From assembly GCA_944376425.1 (NCBI GenBank), contig CALWCS010000182.1:10828-74827 (forward strand): 64,000 nt of DNA, in the 5' to 3' direction. The first letter of the stretch is position 1; each line of letters opens with the position of its first letter. Below, piece after piece: positions 58,570 through 64,000 of this stretch. Position numbers and translations under genes: made by a program. The stretch comes from an uncultured Lachnospiraceae bacterium. GTDB lineage: Bacteria > Bacillota > Clostridia > Lachnospirales > Lachnospiraceae. Below the pieces are notes generated by a model that was not told the origin of the DNA, made no database searches, and saw only the letters and a program-made list of their open reading frames with translations.

Positions 58570-61551
58570 TTATTCAATGGTAATATCTTCCTGAAGAAGC
58601 AGATTATCAGAAGAAGCACCTACATAAACAGTTCTTGTTCCGGTAGCTACGGTCCATTTATCTTTTGTTCCGTCTTCTCTTTCTGTCAGTTCTTCCTGAT
58701 AGCTGTTCCAGTAGGAGAGTTCACGTTCTGATAAGTGGATAGTAACTTCTCTGGATTCACCTGGCTGAAGATCTTTTACTTTCTCAAATCCGGCAAGTGT
58801 ATATTTGGAGGATTGCAGTCCATCAGGAACTTCTGCCTCACCCAGATACAGCTGTGCTACTTCAGAACCAACCACATCACCTGTATTTGTGATTGTGAAT
58901 GTTACATCATAACCGTAATCTTCGCCTTCAGCAGGAGCTTCGGTTATTGTCAGATCACTGTAATCGAAGGTTGTATAGGACAGACCGTAACCAAAGTCAA
59001 ACTGCGGCTCGATTCCTTCCTCATCAAACCATTTGTAACCAACATTGATACCTTCATAGTAGATAGTGGTCAGCTGATTAATGGATTCATTTGTAACTGT
59101 CTGATACAGAGCCCATGCCTGATCAGAGTTTGTAATCAGAGTATCGCTGTCTTCTTTCGGAATCGTAAAGGCAAGCTTACCGCTTGGATTTACAGCGCCG
59201 GTCAGCAGGTTTGCAGTTGCATAACCTCCGCGCTGTCCCGGATAGTACATATCAAGCACTGCATCTACGTTGTCAAGCCAGTCTCCCATTACAACTGCTG
59301 TTGTAGCATTAAGAACAACAATTACTTGATTTCCGGCTTCGTGAGCAGCTTCAGCAATCGTATTAATCATTTCTTCCTGATCTTCGTCAAGCTGCATGCT
59401 CAGATCTTCTATATTATCTGTCTTATTGTTGGACAGAGAAGTTGCATAAGCAAATACAACGACTTTATCGTTATTCTTAGCTGCCTCAATAGAAGCATCA
59501 ATGTTAGCCTGTTTCTGGCTTGGAGTAATCCAATTCAGACTAACCTGAAGATCTTTCTGTACATCTTTATATAATGCCTGCGTTACCAGTTTATAACGCT
59601 GTCCAGCTTTTAATTCTACTGTGAAATTCTGTACGTCCATACCAGTTTCAGACGGAACGATACTGTTATGCCACTGTGATCCCTGTCTTGCTGTGCTGGA
59701 AGCTCTTCCTGCTACTAAAACATCATCACTGTCGCCATCATACAGATACATATAGGAAACACCGCCGATACTCTGCAAGGAGATTGTGTATTCACCATCT
59801 TCCGGTGCCTCAATATAAGTTTCCCATGTATAAGCAGGTAAAGTATCATACGGGAATGCAGTTGCAGTTCCTTCATCAGCGCCTTCTACGCGGTAAGTTT
59901 TATTTGGCGCACCATTGATTGTACCTGTAGTAAAGTTGATGTTTTCATCGATCTGGCAGAATTCGCCCAGTTCATGTCCTTCCATTAAAGTATCTTCCAG
60001 GCTGGCACTTCCAAATCCGCCTCCGCCTGCAAAACCTTGAAGAACTGTTTCTGTACCTGCTGCAGCTTCTACTCCATATGTTCTGGTAATTCCATGTTCT
60101 TCTCCATCCATTGTAGTATAGAAGCTTTCGGCTGGAATAGGAGTTCCGATAATATCATTATAAGAAACACCAGTTACATTGTCTTCACCAAGTGATTCAA
60201 CCAGTGCAGCATACGGGCTGGTCATAGAACTTAATGTACCATAAGAACGTTCTCCGCCAGTACCGGAAGCCAAATGCATACCAGTTACACCGATTACGGC
60301 TACAGATTCTCCGTCGGCTACCGGAAGAGCAGCGTCTTCATTTTTCAGAAGAACAGCGCCTTGTTCAGCAACTTCCTGGGAAACTTCATTGCTGGAGTCA
60401 AGCAGTTCGGCAAGCTGTGCTACGGTATCTTCTGTGGTCAGCTGATAAATCGGCTCTGTACGTCCAACTTCTTCTTTGACATTGCCATTCTCATCCAGCT
60501 CTACCAAAGTCAAATATCCAGCATATCCATATGCTCTTAAAATACGGGTTACAGCCTGATCGAGCATTGCATCCATTTCTTCCTGTGTATAGGTTCCGTC
60601 TGCAACGAGTGCATCTGCATTTTCTTTACTGTTCAGATTCAGACTAGGCATTTCAATATCAGTGCCTTTGTCCAGGGTATACTCATGGTTTCCGCCCCAG
60701 TCTGTAATTGTGAAGTACTGATATCCCCACATATCTCTAAGAACATCTTCCTGTACATAAGTATTAGCAGAAGCATATGTACCGTTAATCAAATTGTAAG
60801 AGGACATAATACCAAGTGCATTGGCATCCTTTACAGCGCCCTCAAATGCCTTAAAGTATACTTCATGAAGTGCCTGTTCGGATACTACATCATTGTTGGA
60901 ACCTTCTGTATAAGCAATGAAATGTTTCAGAACAGCGATACCGCCTTCACTTTGCATACCATCTACAAGCTGTGCTCCCATCTTGTTAATCAGATACGGA
61001 TCTTCACCTAACTGGTCTTTTGTACGGGAGAACTGAGGAATACGCTGAAGGTCAAGCTGTGCACTCAACATCATACCGGCACCGATTGCTTTTGCTTCTT
61101 TGCTGACCATATTTCCGTAAGCATAAGCCATGTCTTCATCCCATGTAGCAGCAAGCATCTCTTCAATTGGCGGGTTCGTAGAATCTGTCATATAGTAAAT
61201 ACCGCATGGACCGTCATACATTTTGATCTGTGGAACTCCAAGACGTCCTACGCCAGGCAGATTACCGGCATCTCCTACAGTTCCCATACCGCTTCCCCCG
61301 ATAAAGGTATATTTTTCTTCTGTAGTCATAGCTTTTACTAAAGCATCAACTTTAGCGTTGATCAGTTCAGCGTCATCTTCCGGCTGAACCAGATCTGAAG
61401 TATAGTACTGTGGGAAGCTTACTGCTTCTTCTTCGGCTTCTGCTGCCTGTACAACCGGTGCGCTGACCGGATTTACGGCACATACGGAAGCTGCCATTGC
61501 AATTGCCATCGCCATTGCTGAAACTTTTTTTACAAATGAACTTTTTTTCAT
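58570..61551 (-). CDS. secreted glycoside hydrolase family 3 beta-glucosidase with PA14-like insert and C-terminal FnIII-like domain
   Basis: Signal peptide and GH3 N-terminal domain (SRTKDQLGEDPYL, TITDWGG nucleophile context). An inserted ~150-aa domain and a C-terminal EVAQLYLG segment. Confidence 0.9.
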   Translation of the reverse strand: MKKSSFVKKVSAMAMAIAMAASVCAVNPVSAPVVQAAEAEEEAVSFPQYYTSDLVQPEDDAELINAKVDALVKAMTTEEKYTFIGGSGMGTVGDAGNLPGVGRLGVPQIKMYDGPCGIYYMTDSTNPPIEEMLAATWDEDMAYAYGNMVSKEAKAIGAGMMLSAQLDLQRIPQFSRTKDQLGEDPYLINKMGAQLVDGMQSEGGIAVLKHFIAYTEGSNNDVVSEQALHEVYFKAFEGAVKDANALGIMSSYNLINGTYASANTYVQEDVLRDMWGYQYFTITDWGGNHEYTLDKGTDIEMPSLNLNSKENADALVADGTYTQEEMDAMLDQAVTRILRAYGYAGYLTLVELDENGNVKEEVGRTEPIYQLTTEDTVAQLAELLDSSNEVSQEVAEQGAVLLKNEDAALPVADGESVAVIGVTGMHLASGTGGERSYGTLSSMTSPYAALVESLGEDNVTGVSYNDIIGTPIPAESFYTTMDGEEHGITRTYGVEAAAGTETVLQGFAGGGGFGSASLEDTLMEGHELGEFCQIDENINFTTGTINGAPNKTYRVEGADEGTATAFPYDTLPAYTWETYIEAPEDGEYTISLQSIGGVSYMYLYDGDSDDVLVAGRASSTARQGSQWHNSIVPSETGMDVQNFTVELKAGQRYKLVTQALYKDVQKDLQVSLNWITPSQKQANIDASIEAAKNNDKVVVFAYATSLSNNKTDNIEDLSMQLDEDQEEMINTIAEAAHEAGNQVIVVLNATTAVVMGDWLDNVDAVLDMYYPGQRGGYATANLLTGAVNPSGKLAFTIPKEDSDTLITNSDQAWALYQTVTNESINQLTTIYYEGINVGYKWFDEEGIEPQFDFGYGLSYTTFDYSDLTITEAPAEGEDYGYDVTFTITNTGDVVGSEVAQLYLGEAEVPDGLQSSKYTLAGFEKVKDLQPGESREVTIHLSERELSYWNSYQEELTEREDGTKDKWTVATGTRTVYVGASSDNLLLQEDITIE

Positions 61552-61934
61552 TTAAAGTCCCCTCCTTTGTTTAATTTGTATATTTCAAAGCATGTTTTTA
61601 TTATAAAACTAATAAAAAATGATGTCAATAGATTTGTTTTGAAAAAAATATATATATTTTGAATATTTTTTGAAAAAAACATAGGTAATTTTTATATATA
61701 TTAACAATACTCAATAATGAGGAAATATAAAATAAAAAGCGAATTATATAGTTTATAAATAATAAAAATAACAAAAGATAGTAGTGTCATTGATTGAACT
61801 ACATCTATTCTACAAGCAAATATTCTATAAGCAAAGATAACAGGCAGATCAGACAGATGAAAAGAAATTTATCAACTAAGTAAAAGACAAAATATTGGAG
61901 AATTTTCAAATTTTATTAAAATTAAAAAAAATAC

Positions 61935-61963
61935 TTGCTTTTTTGTAAAACAAATGATATAAT
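61935..61963 (+). promoter_or_regulatory. sigma-A type promoter of tRNA-Pro
   Basis: TTGCTT, 17-nt spacer, TATAAT. Confidence 0.6.
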
Positions 61964-61981
61964 GATGAGGCTTTAGAAAAT

Positions 61982-62055
61982 CGAAGCGTGGCTCAGTTTG
62001 GTAGAGCGCTGCGTTCGGGACGCAGAGGTCGTGGGTTCGAATCCCGTCGCTTCGA
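61982..62055 (+). tRNA. tRNA-Pro (anticodon CGG)
   Basis: Hand-folded cloverleaf: acceptor CGAAGCG/CGCTTCG, anticodon stem CTGCG/CGCAG with loop TTCGGGA (G37), T loop TTCGAAT. No encoded CCA. Confidence 0.93.
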
Positions 62056-62071
62056 CTCCTTGGCAGGGGCG

Positions 62072-62108
62072 CCGGAGATCCTTAGAAATAAGGGTTTCCG
62101 GTTTTTTT
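62072..62108 (+). terminator. intrinsic terminator after tRNA-Pro
   Basis: 12-bp stem CCGGAGATCCTT / AAGGGTTTCCGG followed by T7. Confidence 0.75.
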
Positions 62109-62158
62109 GTACCGATTGTTTTCAGAGAGGGTTTATGCTTTACGTGTTTCATGATTGC

Positions 62159-62353
62159 TAGGACAGGCAAAAGTTTCGTTCCAATTGCAGACTCATAGAT
62201 TTTCTTATTTTGCTGCGCCATTCATAAACGACTGTTTTGCTAAATTCGCCTGCAAGCAGGCTTCAAGAGCAAAACAGTCGTAATTATGCTCGCAAAATTG
62301 CGAAAATCTTCTGAATGTCTGCAATCTGGAATCGAAACTTTTACTCTGTCCTA
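62159..62353. repeat. ~195-nt imperfect long inverted repeat (rod-like hairpin)
   Basis: Arms 62159-62241 and 62268-62353 pair in blocks of 8, 10, 5, 9, 7, 7 and 14 bp. The apex contains its own GCCTGC-AA-GCAGGC hairpin (62248-62261). Confidence 0.8.
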
Positions 62354-62793
62354 ATTCACTTGTCGAAAAAATATCGGCTTTATCTGCCCAACAGTTTCAA
62401 ACAGAAGAAATAATAATAAAATTTTATTTTACAGATTCAGTGGATATATGAGGATAAAAGATGGTACATTTTCTGCATAAATCTGTCATAAGACAGTTAT
62501 TATCAAAATACGTTGATTTACTACCCCAATATTGATGCGTACCGCAAGTTTTTAAAACAGGCATATTGTATGAAAAAAGAATTGTTTGATAGATTTTTAT
62601 TTAAGAAAATTTGCAATTAATATGACGGAAATTGGAATAGACAGTATTGTAAAAAACCATTGCCTCCAGAATTGATTTTGCAACAAAATATCATTCGATT
62701 GCAGCGATTCAGATTGTGATCGAAGGGAGAAGCAGTGGCAATCCGGAATCTGCGGAGACAATGGATAAAAGGATTACGGGAATCAACGATAGT

Positions 62794-63258
62794 CTAATGA
62801 ATCCCATACAGAGAATAAATTCCGTTTTTTGTACTGCCGACATAAGGAATTTCATCAAATCCCTGATCCTTTTTTAATGCACATTCGATCAGCTTTTTTG
62901 TCAGATCTGGAACGTCATCCCGTGATAATGCTTCATCGATGTCCAGCCAGATAACCTCACTGTTTTCATCGTGATCTGACTTTGCTTCACCGGAGATATA
63001 TTCGGCATAAAAAGCAATATACCAGTCTTTCATGTTAAAACGGATTCCAATGATTTGCTTTGGCTCCACAACAATATTCGTTTCTTCCATATACTCTCGC
63101 TTTAATGCCTGCTGAGGTGTCTCATCCTTTTGAACATATCCTCCAGGAATAATCAACTTATTTTTTCCAATTCCATAAGTGTGACGAGCAAGGAGTACCT
63201 GATGGTTTCTGATTACAACTCCGGTTACAGATTGACTCCAATTCGTATTTTCATTCAT
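62794..63258 (-). CDS. NUDIX hydrolase
   Basis: Nudix box GGYVQKDETPQQALKREYMEETNI. 154 aa. Confidence 0.88.
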   Translation of the reverse strand: MNENTNWSQSVTGVVIRNHQVLLARHTYGIGKNKLIIPGGYVQKDETPQQALKREYMEETNIVVEPKQIIGIRFNMKDWYIAFYAEYISGEAKSDHDENSEVIWLDIDEALSRDDVPDLTKKLIECALKKDQGFDEIPYVGSTKNGIYSLYGIH

Positions 63259-63578
63259 GAACTAAATTCCGCCTTTCTGTTTTACCTGCCAGACCTAAAA
63301 TTGGCAGGTTACTGTAATAAATGGTGTTTATTTTTAAGATTTTTATCAGATGGAAAAGATTCTTGCTGCTGTCGGTGGTGAGCAATCAATAGTCTGGCAG
63401 TGGCAGATAATCCCTATCTGAAAAATGCTGTGCGAAGATGCGAGGATTTATTACATCAGTTAAAACCGATACGAATCCTGATCCAAGACCCATAGAAGGG
63501 AGTCCTGAATATAGAATTTTGGTTTATTTGCCAAATCTTTTGATATCAAAAAATTTAGTCAGCACAGTCATAGAAAGA

Positions 63579-64000
63579 TTATAGATCTTTTACATTAGAA
63601 TCGTAAAGATGAATAAATTGAAAAAAATCATGTTTCTTTCTCAGAGACAAAAGAATTTGCTTTCCGTCTGACATAGTAATAGTTTTCTTTGAAAAATCTA
63701 CATCACGGATAAAGTCAATATTTACAATATAAGAGCGGTGACATTGATAAAAACGAGAATCGAGCTGCGCAGAGATTCCCTTTAATGTGCCGTTAAATTG
63801 TATTTCACTGTGAACGGAGTGTAAAATAAGCTTATGAGACTGAACATGAGTCTCAAAGTAGAGAATATCGTTTAAATTTACAAATGACATTCGATCCCCA
63901 ATCCGAAAAATAAATTTTTTCAGTCTCTGTTCTCGTATAGAACTGCATTTTTCCATAATATTAAAGAGACAATCGTTGATCTGAGAGGAAAGAGATTCCA
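63579..64000 (-). CDS. LytTR-domain DNA-binding protein, probably a response regulator truncated by the window edge
   Basis: LytTR domain (ILYFETHVQSHKLILHS...YQCHRSYIVNIDFI). The frame stays open upstream of the first ATG to base 64000. Confidence 0.75.
   Translation of the reverse strand, partial: ESLSSQINDCLFNIMEKCSSIREQRLKKFIFRIGDRMSFVNLNDILYFETHVQSHKLILHSVHSEIQFNGTLKGISAQLDSRFYQCHRSYIVNIDFIRDVDFSKKTITMSDGKQILLSLRKKHDFFQFIHLYDSNVKDL

Noticed and set aside
58735-59574. A 279-aa plus-strand ORF opposite the GH3 gene.
   Set aside because: It is antisense to a 993-aa GH3 enzyme with conserved motifs throughout. The Cys/Ile/Phe-rich composition is implausible.
61973-62221. 82-aa (minus) and 66-aa (plus) ORFs.
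   Set aside because: Both run through the tRNA-Pro gene and its terminator.
62159-62353. Reading the long hairpin as a retron msr/msd.
   Set aside because: No reverse-transcriptase ORF (indeed no ORF of 60 aa or more) follows on either strand within 440 nt.

Overview
This is a chromosomal segment from a low-GC Gram-positive anaerobe. Gene content and protein motifs fit Clostridia, probably Lachnospiraceae, but that placement is inference only. I called about 50 protein genes, most of them housekeeping. They include: ileS (5' end cut by the window edge) and glgP; a PerR/rubrerythrin/thioredoxin-reductase oxidative-stress cluster; two convergent NlpC/P60 cell-wall hydrolases; a complete 9-gene V-type ATPase operon on the minus strand; trmB; an SsuA/NMT1-like ABC importer; a frameshifted ECF sigma with a zinc anti-sigma; a YesM/YesN-type three-component sensor; a secreted S8 protease followed by an operon of a sigma-like protein, a small protein and a transglutaminase-like protein; a MacB/FtsX-type ABC exporter; rsmF, pepA and cutC; a large transglutaminase-core protein; a GH3 beta-glucosidase; and tRNA-Lys(CTT) and tRNA-Pro(CGG). 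I found no transposase, integrase, CRISPR array or phage genes. The most unusual signals are noncoding. (1) At 29265-29807 an orphan minus-strand unit with no ORF lies between a perfect consensus promoter and a strong terminator, and carries 5-6 degenerate repeats that read as extended Shine-Dalgarno sites (or, on the other strand, as 16S 3'-end mimics). (2) Five DnaA boxes sit in an isolated convergent intergenic region with no dnaA or dnaN nearby. (3) A roughly 195-nt imperfect long hairpin lies just downstream of tRNA-Pro. (4) A homopolymer frameshift splits the ECF sigma gene. All calls come from reading the sequence and the ORF translations. No database search was run.
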